DNA of 64,000 bases from Rubricoccaceae bacterium (GTDB lineage Bacteria > Bacteroidota > Rhodothermia > Rhodothermales > Rubricoccaceae). The position numbers and the translations under genes are program-made. Numbering within the stretch: position 1 is the stretch's first letter; every line of letters starts with the position of its first letter. The notes under the pieces were generated by a model. That model had not been told where the DNA came from and ran no database searches. It worked only from the letters and a program-made list of their open reading frames with translations. Location: assembly GCA_033720695.1 (NCBI GenBank), contig JAWWCA010000001.1:634-64633 (forward strand), given 5' to 3'. Positions 16,742 to 24,906 of the stretch are shown here, piece after piece.

Positions 16742-17211
16742 TCACTCGAACGCGCGCCGAAACGCCTCGAACGCCGCTCGCAACGACGCCACGTCACGCT
16801 CTAGGGCCTCGACCCGCGACCCCACACCGCCCCCACCGACTCGAACGCGTGGAGCCGCACCGATCGGGTCCGGATCTCCCCGGCCGTCTGCGGCCCCCGC
16901 AGCAGCAACGCCGCCACCGCGGCGACGCCCGGAGAGCCGAGCCCATACCGGGTCGGGAGCGTGTGGCGGTAGCGCTCCACCCGAGACCCCGACCCCGACG
17001 TCGTCCCCGCCAACGACCGCCGGCGCAGCGCCTCCAGCGCCTCCAGCACCTCTCCCTCCCCGACGGCCATCACGGGCTCGCGGCCCGTCCGCTGGCAGCA
17101 CGCCCCAACGAGGGCGTTCAGCGACAACGGATACTGACCGGGCGTCGCCAGCGACTTCTCCGCGAGCGCGCCCAGCACGCGAACCGCCACAGGGGAAAGG
17201 GGCTGCTCCAT
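16742..17211 (-). pseudogene. yceH: yceH (DUF480)-like gene, internally shortened and split over two frames
   Basis: Frame A (16801..17211): MEQPLSPVAVRVLGALAEKSLATPGQYPLSLNALVGACCQRTGREPVM... matches the YceH N-terminus and ends ...RLHAFESVGAVWGRGSRP*. Frame B continues to 16742 with SRVEALERDVASLRAAFEAFRRAFE, the typical YceH C-terminal coil, and keeps high third-position GC. About 55 aa of the second winged-helix region seem absent compared with E. coli YceH as I remember it. Confidence 0.45.
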
Positions 17212-17538
17212 GGCCCAAAATACCCGGGTGACACACCACGCGTCACGCCCACCCCGGCATCCTCCGGCCCGATGCCGCCTCGCGCCATGTCCCCATCCGT
17301 CCTCGGACTGCTCGTCCGGTGCCCTCTCGGCTCAGCCCGGCTGCTGTACCCCCGCTTCGTCTGTCGGTACCACCCCGACCTCCAGCGCGGATCGGCACGC
17401 CCGACGGCCACGGCCATCCTCGTGTTCAGCCTCAACTAACCCGGGCCGCCTCCGGGGGCGCGGACCCGAAAGTCGCGCGCTGTGTCGTAGCATAGGGCGC
17501 CCGATCGCTGACAGAGGCGAGGGCGCTCCGACCGCTTC

Positions 17539-17736
17539 ATGGCGCACGACCACGACTGGACCTCGCGGGCCGTCACGGCCCTCTTCGCGGGCCTCGTCTC
17601 CGCCCTCCTGGCCACCCTCCTCTGGCGCATCGCCGCCGTCCCCGCCGGCGCGCCGCCCCCTCCCGACTGGTCGATCTGGGCGGGCACCACCCTCGCCGCC
17701 GCGCTGTGGTTCGCCGCCCTGAGCCGCAAGCGGTGA
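17539..17736 (+). CDS. small two-helix membrane protein
   Basis: Track ORF, 65 aa: AVTALFAGLVSALLATLLWRIAAV ... WAGTTLAAALWFAALSRKR. No family recognised. Confidence 0.4.
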   Translation: MAHDHDWTSRAVTALFAGLVSALLATLLWRIAAVPAGAPPPPDWSIWAGTTLAAALWFAALSRKR

Positions 17737-17804
17737 CCGCCAAGGCGCCCCTCTCAAACGAAGGCGCAGACGCCGTATACTCCGTCACATAGACCCCGAC
17801 GCCC

Positions 17805-18359
17805 ATGCGCCTCGCCTTCCTGCTCCCCACCCTCCTCGCGCTCGCGCCGCCGCTCCACGCCCAGTCCGACGCGCCCCCCCTCGCCGATCTGATCGGCATC
17901 GTCACCATGGCTGAGGACAAGGTCGCCGCCCTCGCCGAAACCATGCCCGCCGACGCATGGGCGTGGCGCCCGGACGATGGGGTGCGCTCCGCGAGCGAGG
18001 TCGTCCGCCACATCGCCGCCTCCAACTACCTCATGCCGGCCATCCTCGGCGTCCCGGTCCCGGAGGGCATCCCCCTCAGCATCGGCCCCGATGGGCCCCA
18101 GGGCATGGCCGAGTACGAGGCCCTCACCGACCGCGCCGAGGCGCGCGACGCTCTCGCCGCGTCCTTCGTGCACCTCCGCGACGCCATGGCCGACATCCCG
18201 GCCGACCGCCTCGACGAGCCCCTCGTCGTCTTCGGTCGGCCCATGACCGTGCGCGGCTTCGCACTCATCATGGCGACCCACCTCCACGAGCACCTCGGCC
18301 AGCTCATCGCCTACGCGCGGACCAACGGCGTCGTCCCCCCCTGGTCCGACGGCAGCTGA
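17805..18359 (+). CDS. DinB-family (DinB_2/YfiT-like four-helix) protein with signal peptide
   Basis: Track ORF, 184 aa: ...EVVRHIAASNYLM ... FALIMATHLHEHLGQLIAYAR. Shows the His triad pattern of DinB-fold proteins. Confidence 0.85.
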   Translation: MRLAFLLPTLLALAPPLHAQSDAPPLADLIGIVTMAEDKVAALAETMPADAWAWRPDDGVRSASEVVRHIAASNYLMPAILGVPVPEGIPLSIGPDGPQGMAEYEALTDRAEARDALAASFVHLRDAMADIPADRLDEPLVVFGRPMTVRGFALIMATHLHEHLGQLIAYARTNGVVPPWSDGS

Positions 18360-18377
18360 GCGACCCCGACACCCCTC

Positions 18378-18749
18378 ATGGCCAAAGACCTCAAGATCCA
18401 GCCGGGCGAGTCCATCGACGACTGGATCACCCGCCACGGGCACCCCGTCGGCACCACGCTGCGCGCCCTCCGGGCCCTCGTCCACGACCGCGCACCCCAC
18501 CTCGACGAGGCCGTGCGGTGGTCGCAGCCCTGGTATCAGGGCACCGACGCCGTCTTCTACCTCGCGGCACAACGCGCCTACGCCACGCTCGGCTTCTGCA
18601 ACGGCGCGCACCTCGACGACCCGGACCGCCTCCTCGAAGGCTCCGGCAAGAACATGCGCCACGTCAAGATCGACGACCCCGGCGCGATCCAGGACCCCCC
18701 CCTCCTCCGCCTCGTCGACGCCGCCCTCGCCCACGACGCCTCTCTCTAG
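18378..18749 (+). CDS. DUF1801 domain protein
   Basis: Track ORF, 123 aa: LRALVHDRAPHLDEAVRWSQPWY ... ATLGFCNGAHLDDP ... MRHVKIDDP. Confidence 0.8.
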   Translation: MAKDLKIQPGESIDDWITRHGHPVGTTLRALRALVHDRAPHLDEAVRWSQPWYQGTDAVFYLAAQRAYATLGFCNGAHLDDPDRLLEGSGKNMRHVKIDDPGAIQDPPLLRLVDAALAHDASL

Positions 18750-18754
18750 CGCGC

Positions 18755-19273
18755 ATGCGGGCCCTCCTTCTCCTCCCCCTCGCCGCCCTCGTGGCCGCCG
18801 CCGCCGCGCAGACCCGGCCGTCGCCCAACACCCTCGGCCTCGACCCCGCCCTCCCGCGCCCCACCGCCGTCGCCGACGACCTCGCCTGGATCGCCGGCCA
18901 CTGGCAGGGCGAGGCGCTCGGCGGGTACGCCGAGGAAATCTGGGCCACACCCCGCGGAGGGGCCCTCATGGGCGTCTTCCGACTCGTCCGAAACGACGCC
19001 ATCGCCTTCTATGAGATCCTGACCATCGCCGAGGACGACGACGGCAGCCTCACCCTCCGGCTCAAACACTTCAACGCGGACCTCACCGGCTGGGAGGCCC
19101 AACACGACGTCGTTCGCTTCCCCCTCGTCCGGCTCGACCCGGACGCCGCCTACTTCGATGGCATGACCATCCGCCGCGACGGCCCCGATGCGCTCACCGT
19201 CGTCGTCGCCGTCGAGCGCGACCAGGGAGGCGACGCCGAGGCCGTCTTCCACTACCGCCGACGCGCCCCCTGA
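18755..19273 (+). CDS. secreted DUF6265-like protein
   Basis: ATG 18755 within artefactual ORF 17957..19273. Signal peptide MRALLLLPLAALVAAAAAQ, then LAWIAGHWQGEALGGYAEEIWATPRGGALMGVFRLV ... AFYEILTI ... LRLKHFNADLTGWE. Confidence 0.65.
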   Translation: MRALLLLPLAALVAAAAAQTRPSPNTLGLDPALPRPTAVADDLAWIAGHWQGEALGGYAEEIWATPRGGALMGVFRLVRNDAIAFYEILTIAEDDDGSLTLRLKHFNADLTGWEAQHDVVRFPLVRLDPDAAYFDGMTIRRDGPDALTVVVAVERDQGGDAEAVFHYRRRAP

Positions 19274-19283
19274 CCCCACACCG

Positions 19284-19673
19284 ATGGCACGCATCACGCA
19301 CTTCGAGATCCACGCCGACGACCCCGACGCCCTCGCACGGTTCTACACCGACGCCCTGGGCTGGAGCATCCACCGCTGGGACGGCCCCTGGGAATACTGG
19401 CTCATCACCACCGGGCCCGACGACGAGCCCGGCATCAACGGCGCCATCGTCCGGCGCCGCGGACCCGAACCAGCCGCGGGCCAACCCGTCAACGCCTTCG
19501 TCTGCACCGCCCAGGTCGACGACCTCGACGCCACCGTCGAGGCCGCGCTGGCGGCCGGCGCCACCATCGGCGTCGAGAAGATGGCCGTCCCCGGCGTCGG
19601 ATACCTCGCCTACCTCCACGACCCACAGGGCAACATCGTCGGCGTCATGCAGTCCGACCCCGCCGCGGCCTAG
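19284..19673 (+). CDS. VOC family protein
   Basis: ATG 19284 within track ORF 19188..19673: MARITHFEIHADDPDALARFYTDALGW ... AYLHDPQGNIVGVMQ. Confidence 0.85.
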   Translation: MARITHFEIHADDPDALARFYTDALGWSIHRWDGPWEYWLITTGPDDEPGINGAIVRRRGPEPAAGQPVNAFVCTAQVDDLDATVEAALAAGATIGVEKMAVPGVGYLAYLHDPQGNIVGVMQSDPAAA

Positions 19674-19705
19674 CATCGCGGACGCCGTGGAGGCCCCCCT
19701 CGCGC

Positions 19706-20341
19706 ATGACCACCGCCGCCGACTTCCTCCCCCTCGACACGGGCCTCCCCTCCCTCCGCGCGAGCGCGGACCACTGCCGCGGCTGCGCCCTGCACGAACA
19801 CGCCACCCAGACGGTCTTCGGACAGGGCCGCGCGGACGCCGAGCTCATGCTCGTCGGCGAGCAGCCCGGCAACGTCGAAGACCGCCGAGGGACCCCCTTC
19901 GTCGGCCCCGCCGGCCAACTCCTCGACCAGGCGCTCGACGACGCCGGCATCAGACGGGGCGACGTCTACCTCACAAACGTCGTCAAACACTTCAAGTGGC
20001 GACCGGGCCGGCAGGGCATGCGCCTCCACGCCACCCCGAACACCACGGAGGTCCTCTCATGCCTCCCGTGGCTCAAGGCCGAGATCGAGACCGTCCGGCC
20101 CCGCGTCCTCGTCTGCCTCGGCCGGACCGCCGCGAGAGCCCTGATCCATCCCAGTCTCTCCCTAGCCCAGTACCGGGGTACGCTCTTCACCTCGCAACTC
20201 GTGCCCCACCTCATGCCGACCCTCCACCCCGCCGCCGTCCTCCGCGCCCCACCAGCCCTCCGCGAGTCCGCCTTCGCCGACCTCGTCCACGACCTCGCCA
20301 CCGCGGCTGATACCCTCACCCAAGACCAGGACCTTCCGTAG
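19706..20341 (+). CDS. udgX: family-4-like uracil-DNA glycosylase of the UdgX type
   Basis: Track ORF, 211 aa: CRGCALHEHATQTVFGQG ... LMLVGEQPGNVEDRRGTPFVGPAGQLLD ... VYLTNVVKHFKWRPGRQGMRLHATPNTTEVLSCLPWL ... TLHPAAVLR. Collinear with M. smegmatis UdgX as I remember it, including the extra loop ending in His (KRRIH there, GMRLH here). Confidence 0.8.
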   Translation: MTTAADFLPLDTGLPSLRASADHCRGCALHEHATQTVFGQGRADAELMLVGEQPGNVEDRRGTPFVGPAGQLLDQALDDAGIRRGDVYLTNVVKHFKWRPGRQGMRLHATPNTTEVLSCLPWLKAEIETVRPRVLVCLGRTAARALIHPSLSLAQYRGTLFTSQLVPHLMPTLHPAAVLRAPPALRESAFADLVHDLATAADTLTQDQDLP

Positions 20342-20406
20342 GAACGGAGAGCGCCACCCTCACGTCGAATCCAACCCCTCTCTCCCAAGCCCATCGATCG
20401 ACTCCC

Positions 20407-20898
20407 ATGGCGCTCTCAAACCTCAACGACCTCTTCGTGCATACCCTGCACGACATCTACTACGCGGAGCAGCAGATAGAGAAGGCGCTCCCCGGCATGG
20501 CCTCAAAGGCGTACAGCAAGCCCCTCCGCCAGGCCTTCGAAGACCACCTCGCGGAAACCCGAAACCAGATCAAGCGACTCGAGCAGGTCTTCGAGCTCGT
20601 CGGTGAGGAGGCCTCCGGCGAGCGGTGCCCCGCCATCGAGGGCATCCTCAAAGAAGCCCGCGAGCTCCTCGATGAGATGGACGACCGCCACGCCCGCGAC
20701 GCCGGCATGATCGCCGCCGCGCAGGCCGTCGAGCACTACGAGATCACCCGCTACGGCACCCTCGCCACGTGGGCCACCGCCCTCGGCTACGACGACGCCG
20801 TCCCCCTCCTCCGCGAAACGCTCTCGGAGGAGACGGCCACCGACGACAAGCTCTCGCACCTCGCCGAGACCGCGCTCAACGAGCGAGCCATCGCCTGA
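20407..20898 (+). CDS. DUF892 (YciE/YciF ferritin-like) protein
   Basis: Track ORF, 163 aa: LNDLFVHTLHDIYYAEQQIEKAL ... FEDHLAETRNQIKRLEQVF ... AAQAVEHYEITRYGTL ... LSEETATDDKL. Confidence 0.85.
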   Translation: MALSNLNDLFVHTLHDIYYAEQQIEKALPGMASKAYSKPLRQAFEDHLAETRNQIKRLEQVFELVGEEASGERCPAIEGILKEARELLDEMDDRHARDAGMIAAAQAVEHYEITRYGTLATWATALGYDDAVPLLRETLSEETATDDKLSHLAETALNERAIA

Positions 20899-20927
20899 CC
20901 TTCACCCCGGTCACGCCCCGCACGATC

Positions 20928-20961
20928 GCGCCCCGGCCTGCTCCCGAGCAGGCCGGGGCGC
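20928..20961 (+). terminator. 15-bp perfect GC hairpin after the DUF892 gene
   Basis: GCGCCCCGGCCTGCT-CCCG-AGCAGGCCGGGGCGC, 30 nt past the stop at 20898. No U-tract follows. Confidence 0.5.
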
Positions 20962-21000
20962 ACCGCTTGGGGCCTCGCCCGACGCCGCGCCGCCACCCCC

Positions 21001-21050
21001 GTCAACGTTTCACAAAACAGTGAAACCACGCCGGCGAGACAGGGTTGACC
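21001..21050. promoter_or_regulatory. nested palindromes upstream of the radical-SAM repair gene
   Basis: GTTTCAC-AAAACA-GTGAAAC (21007-21026, perfect 7-bp arms, unusually AT-rich), flanked by GTCAAC (21001-21006) and GTTGAC (21045-21050). The start codon is at 21068. Confidence 0.3.
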
Positions 21051-21067
21051 GCTCCCCTGCACACCCG

Positions 21068-22336
21068 ATGCACATGCGGCCCCAGACCCTCCACAAGCTC
21101 GAAATCCTCGCCGACGCCGCCAAGTACGATGTCTCCTGTGCCTCCAGCGGGTCCGACCGCCCCAACACCCCCACGGGCCTCGGCAACAGCACCGGCATGG
21201 GCATCTGCCACTCCTACACCGAGGACGGCCGATGCGTCTCGCTGCTCAAGATCCTCCTCACCAACCACTGCATCTACGACTGCGCCTTCTGCGTGAGCCG
21301 ACGCTCCAGCGACGTCCAACGCGCAGCCTTCACCGTCGACGAGGTCGTCGAGCTCACCATCGAGTTCTACCGCCGCAACTACATCGAGGGCCTCTTCCTC
21401 TCCAGCGGCATCTTCAAGGACGCCGATACCACCTCGTCCCGCCTCGTCGCCGTGGCCCAGAGGCTCCGCGAAGACCACGACTTCAACGGCTACATCCACC
21501 TCAAGGTCATCCCGGGCACCAGCCACGACCTCCTCGAGACCGCTGGCCGATACGCCGACCGCCTCTCGGTCAACCTCGAGATCGCCACCGAGCGTGAGCT
21601 CAAGCGCGTCGCCCCGGAGAAGGACCACCAGGCGGCCCTCGTTCCGATGGGCTTCCTCGGCGCCCGCATCGCGGAAGCGCGACAGGAGCGCACCGACGCC
21701 GTCCGGCGGGCGACCCCACGCCCCGCCGCACCGCCGCGCTTCGCCCCAGGGGGCCAGAGCACACAGCTCGTCGTCGGCGCCACACAGGAGTCCGACGCCA
21801 CCATCCTCGATGTCGCCAGCCGCCTCTACCGCGCCAACGGGCTCCGCCGCGTCTACTACTCCGGCTACGTCCCCATCGACACCGACGACCGCGTCCCGAG
21901 CCTCGACGCCGCCCCCCTCCGCCGAGAGCACCGGCTCTACCAGGCCGACTGGCTCCTCCGCCGTTACGGCTTCGACCCCCACGAGCTCTTCGCCGACGAC
22001 CACGACGACCTCGACCTGTTCGTCGACCCCAAGACGGCCTACGCCCTCCGACACCCCCACCGCTACCCCGTCGACGTCAACCGCGCCTCCAGGCGGCAGC
22101 TCCTCCGCGTCCCCGGCATCGGCCACCGCTCGGCCGACCGGATCCTCCTCGCACGGCGACAGGGGACCGTCCGCTGGGAGCACCTCCAGCGCATGGGCGT
22201 CGTCCTCAAACGGGCCCGGTACTTCATCACCGTCGCCGGCCACCGACCCCGCCTGCTCGAGCGCGCCCCGGACGCCGTCTACGCGCGGCTCCGCCAAGCC
22301 GACCCCGCCGCCGCGCCCCAGCTCTCCCTCTTCTGA
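21068..22336 (+). CDS. putative DNA modification/repair radical SAM protein (TIGR03916-type)
   Basis: Track ORF 21020..22336, ATG at 21068: MHMRPQTLHKLEILADAAKYDVSCASSG ... LLTNHCIYDCAFCVSR (CxxxCxxC radical-SAM cluster). C-terminal HhH-like ...QLLRVPGIGHRSADRIL. Confidence 0.88.
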   Translation: MHMRPQTLHKLEILADAAKYDVSCASSGSDRPNTPTGLGNSTGMGICHSYTEDGRCVSLLKILLTNHCIYDCAFCVSRRSSDVQRAAFTVDEVVELTIEFYRRNYIEGLFLSSGIFKDADTTSSRLVAVAQRLREDHDFNGYIHLKVIPGTSHDLLETAGRYADRLSVNLEIATERELKRVAPEKDHQAALVPMGFLGARIAEARQERTDAVRRATPRPAAPPRFAPGGQSTQLVVGATQESDATILDVASRLYRANGLRRVYYSGYVPIDTDDRVPSLDAAPLRREHRLYQADWLLRRYGFDPHELFADDHDDLDLFVDPKTAYALRHPHRYPVDVNRASRRQLLRVPGIGHRSADRILLARRQGTVRWEHLQRMGVVLKRARYFITVAGHRPRLLERAPDAVYARLRQADPAAAPQLSLF

Positions 22337-22339
22337 GCC

Positions 22340-23143
22340 GTGACCCTCTACGTCTACGACGGCTCCTACGACGGCCTCCTCTCGGCCCTCTACCGCGCCC
22401 TCCAGGACGGCCGAGCCGCCCACGAGGCCGCCGTCCGGGCCCGCCACGTGCGTACAGCCACGCAGGCCGACCTCTTCGCCGACGAGGTGGCCGTCGCCAC
22501 CAACCCCGCCCGCGCGCGACGCCTCCGCGACGCGCTCCGCCGCCGAACGGGATCCGACGCCCTCGAAGCGCGCCTCTACTACGCCTTCCTCAGCGAAGCC
22601 GAGGGCTGGGATCGCCTCGTCGCCGACGCCGTCCTCGGCCTCGCCACCACCGCGCACCTCGACCCCCGGCTCGACCACGTCCACGCCCTCGAAGCGCTCG
22701 AACGACGCGTCCGCCGCGAGACCCACCGCATGCACGCCTTCGTCCGCTTCGAGGAACACTCCGACCACTCGCTCCGCGCCACCATCGCCCCCGACCACCA
22801 CGTCCTCCCCCTCATCGGCGACCACTTCGCCGCGAGGTACCCCGCCGAGCACTGGCGCATCCACGACGCCCGACGGCGCCTCACGCTCGTCCACGAGCCC
22901 GACGGAGACCCCCGCCTGCAGATCACCGCCGACGGCGACGGCCGGACGGCACCGTCGCCCGCCGAAAACGAGTTCCAGGCCCTCTGGCAGCAGTACTACC
23001 GCGCGACCAACATCCCCGCCCGGCGCAACCTCCGCCTCCACGTCCAGCACGTCCCCCGGCGCTACTGGCCATACCTCACGGAGAAGCAGCCGACCGACGA
23101 ACCACCCCCCGAGCCCGCATCCGGGGAGCCGCCCGAGGCGTAG
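22340..23143 (+). CDS. TIGR03915-family putative DNA metabolism protein (DUF4130), partner of the radical SAM protein
   Basis: Track ORF, 267 aa, GTG start 3 nt after the previous stop: LYVYDGSYDGLLSAL ... HRMHAFVRFEE ... HHVLPLIGDHFAARYP ... WRIHD ... LWQQYYRATNIPARRN. Confidence 0.85.
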   Translation: MTLYVYDGSYDGLLSALYRALQDGRAAHEAAVRARHVRTATQADLFADEVAVATNPARARRLRDALRRRTGSDALEARLYYAFLSEAEGWDRLVADAVLGLATTAHLDPRLDHVHALEALERRVRRETHRMHAFVRFEEHSDHSLRATIAPDHHVLPLIGDHFAARYPAEHWRIHDARRRLTLVHEPDGDPRLQITADGDGRTAPSPAENEFQALWQQYYRATNIPARRNLRLHVQHVPRRYWPYLTEKQPTDEPPPEPASGEPPEA

Positions 23144-23176
23144 CTTCCTCGGGATCCACGGTCCCCTCGCTTCCCC

Positions 23177-23737
23177 ATGAGCCACACGCGACGGATCGTC
23201 GTCTCTGAGTTCCTCTCACTCGATGGGGTGATGCAGGACCCGGCCTGGACGGCGCCCTACTGGAACGACCAAATCGCCGCCTTCAAGGGCGAGGAGACCG
23301 ACGCCGCCGACCTCCTCCTCCTCGGCCGCGTCACCTACGAGATGTTCGCCGCCCACTGGCCCTCCTCAACCGACGAGGCCGCCGACCAGATCAACGCGCT
23401 CGGCAAGGTCGTCGTCACCGACACCCTCACGCAGGCGGACCTCGATCGGGACGGCTGGAACGCCGCCGTCTTGGACGGCGGCGTCCCCGACGGCATCCGG
23501 CACCTCAAGCAGCGGCCCGGCGGCGACCTCCTCGTCTGGGGCAGCGGCCACCTCGCGCGTGCGCTCCTCCACCACCGCCTCGTCGACGAGCTCCGCCTCA
23601 TCGTCTACCCGCTCCTCCTCGGCACCGGACAACGCCTCTTCAGCGGCCAGCAGCACGCCGCCTTCACGCGCGCCGAGTCGCACGCCTTCCGCTCCGGCGC
23701 AACCGCCCTCGTCCTCCACCCCGCCGAGAACGCGTGA
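23177..23737 (+). CDS. dihydrofolate-reductase-like (RibD C-terminal domain) protein
   Basis: Track ORF, 186 aa: RRIVVSEFLSLDGVMQDP ... LLLGRVTYEMFAAHWP ... DLLVWGSGHLARALL ... LVDELRLIVYPLLLGTG. Confidence 0.85.
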   Translation: MSHTRRIVVSEFLSLDGVMQDPAWTAPYWNDQIAAFKGEETDAADLLLLGRVTYEMFAAHWPSSTDEAADQINALGKVVVTDTLTQADLDRDGWNAAVLDGGVPDGIRHLKQRPGGDLLVWGSGHLARALLHHRLVDELRLIVYPLLLGTGQRLFSGQQHAAFTRAESHAFRSGATALVLHPAENA

Positions 23738-23741
23738 GCCC

Positions 23742-24068
23742 ATGCCCGACATCGACCCCGATCACCCCTTCTGGAGAGCCGCCCAGCCACTCCTCGACGA
23801 CGGCAGCGCCCAACGCGGCACCATGATGGGCTTCACCTGCCTCCGCACCGCCGGACGCTTCTTCGCCACCGCCGACCACCGCACCGGAGACCTCGTCGTC
23901 AAGCTCCCCAGACCGCGCGTGGCCGCCCTCATCGCCGAGGGCCTCGGCCAACCCTTTGCGCCCGCCGGCCGCACCTTCCGCGAGTGGGTCGCCGTCCCGC
24001 AGGACCACCGCACGGCCTGGCCGGCCCTCCTCGGCGAAGCCCACGCGTTCGTCGCCGACGCAGACTAA
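23742..24068 (+). CDS. TfoX N-terminal-domain-like protein
   Basis: ATG 23742 within track ORF 23559..24068: ...GTMMGFTCLRTAGRFFATADHRTGDLVVKLPRPRVAALIAEGLGQPFAPAGRTFREWVAVP. Confidence 0.55.
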   Translation: MPDIDPDHPFWRAAQPLLDDGSAQRGTMMGFTCLRTAGRFFATADHRTGDLVVKLPRPRVAALIAEGLGQPFAPAGRTFREWVAVPQDHRTAWPALLGEAHAFVADAD

Positions 24069-24078
24069 CGGGCCCCCC

Positions 24079-24339
24079 TTACACCATCGCCATTCGTGTC
24101 TCGGCCGGTCGGGCCGCCCGCGACGGCCGCGCCACGTCCGCGTTCGCGTGCCGCGTCACCCGGCCACACGACCGACACAGCACCTCGATCGAACGCCCGA
24201 ACGCGCGGCGCACGCCGCCGACAGTCTCCCGGTTCAGCGCCAGCTGTCGCCGCCCGACGCGCATCGTCGCACTCCCGTGCGACACGGTGCAGCAGCTGCA
24301 GAACAGGGGCGTCGTTCGAAGGGCGGTCGCGACGGGCAT
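24079..24339 (-). CDS. small Cys-rich (zinc-ribbon-like) hypothetical protein
   Basis: ATG at 24339 within track ORF 24079..24366: MPVATALRTTPLFCSCCTVSHGS...IEVLCRSCGRVTRHAN. By my hand count about 85% of third codon positions are G/C, which supports coding. No family recognised. Confidence 0.35.
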   Translation of the reverse strand: MPVATALRTTPLFCSCCTVSHGSATMRVGRRQLALNRETVGGVRRAFGRSIEVLCRSCGRVTRHANADVARPSRAARPAETRMAMV

Positions 24340-24491
24340 GGCGGCGGTGGTTTCGTGCTCCCCCACACTACCGCCGCCACGGACACGGGCGCAATCCCGA
24401 CCTCACTCTGACGGGGACACGTGTCGGAGTTGAGCCCAGACCCACCCCGGGCCGGCGGCGGCCCGCCGCTTGTGGCCGCCCCGGACAGGCC

Positions 24492-24800
24492 TCACCCCTC
24501 AGGCCGCGCCTCCACGTGACGCTCGACCGTCACCTCGCGCACGCGGACCTCGCGCCGCGGCGAGCCATCGCCATACCGGGCCAGCGACTCCGCCGCCGCC
24601 TCCGGCGAGTGGTACAGCTCGCCGTACGGCACCGGCGCACCCCGCGCAAACGACAGCAGCCACCACAGCACCCCCCGATCGGCCACGCCACCCCGAGACG
24701 CTTCCGTAGGCGCCTTCAGCCCACACACCGGGCACGCCGGCGCAACGTGGGACACCGACGACGAGCAGCGCCGGCAGCGAGGCCGCGGAGACGAAATCAT
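24492..24800 (-). CDS. small zinc-ribbon hypothetical protein
   Basis: Track ORF, 102 aa: MISSPRPRCRRCSSSVSHVAPACPVCGLKAP... Third-position GC is high by hand count. No family recognised. Confidence 0.4.
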   Translation of the reverse strand: MISSPRPRCRRCSSSVSHVAPACPVCGLKAPTEASRGGVADRGVLWWLLSFARGAPVPYGELYHSPEAAAESLARYGDGSPRREVRVREVTVERHVEARPEG

Positions 24801-24906
24801 AGGACCAGGGGAAGGGACACCCGGGCACCCGCCCGGGACGACCTATATACGGACGAAACGGTTATGTTGCGTGACGTAACCCCGGCCGATTCCACCACGC
24901 CCGACC

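Noticed and set aside
17272-17439. 55-codon plus-strand ORF (MPPRAMSPSVLGLLVRCPLGSARLLYPRFVCRYHPDLQRGSARPTATAILVFSLN) in the 327-bp gap between the yceH-like gene and 17539.
   Set aside because: Its codon-position GC looks coding-like. However, it is short, has no recognisable family, and overlaps small inverted repeats (GTGAC-N9-GTCAC, CGGCATC-N9-GATGCCG) that may instead be regulatory. There is not enough support to call it a gene.
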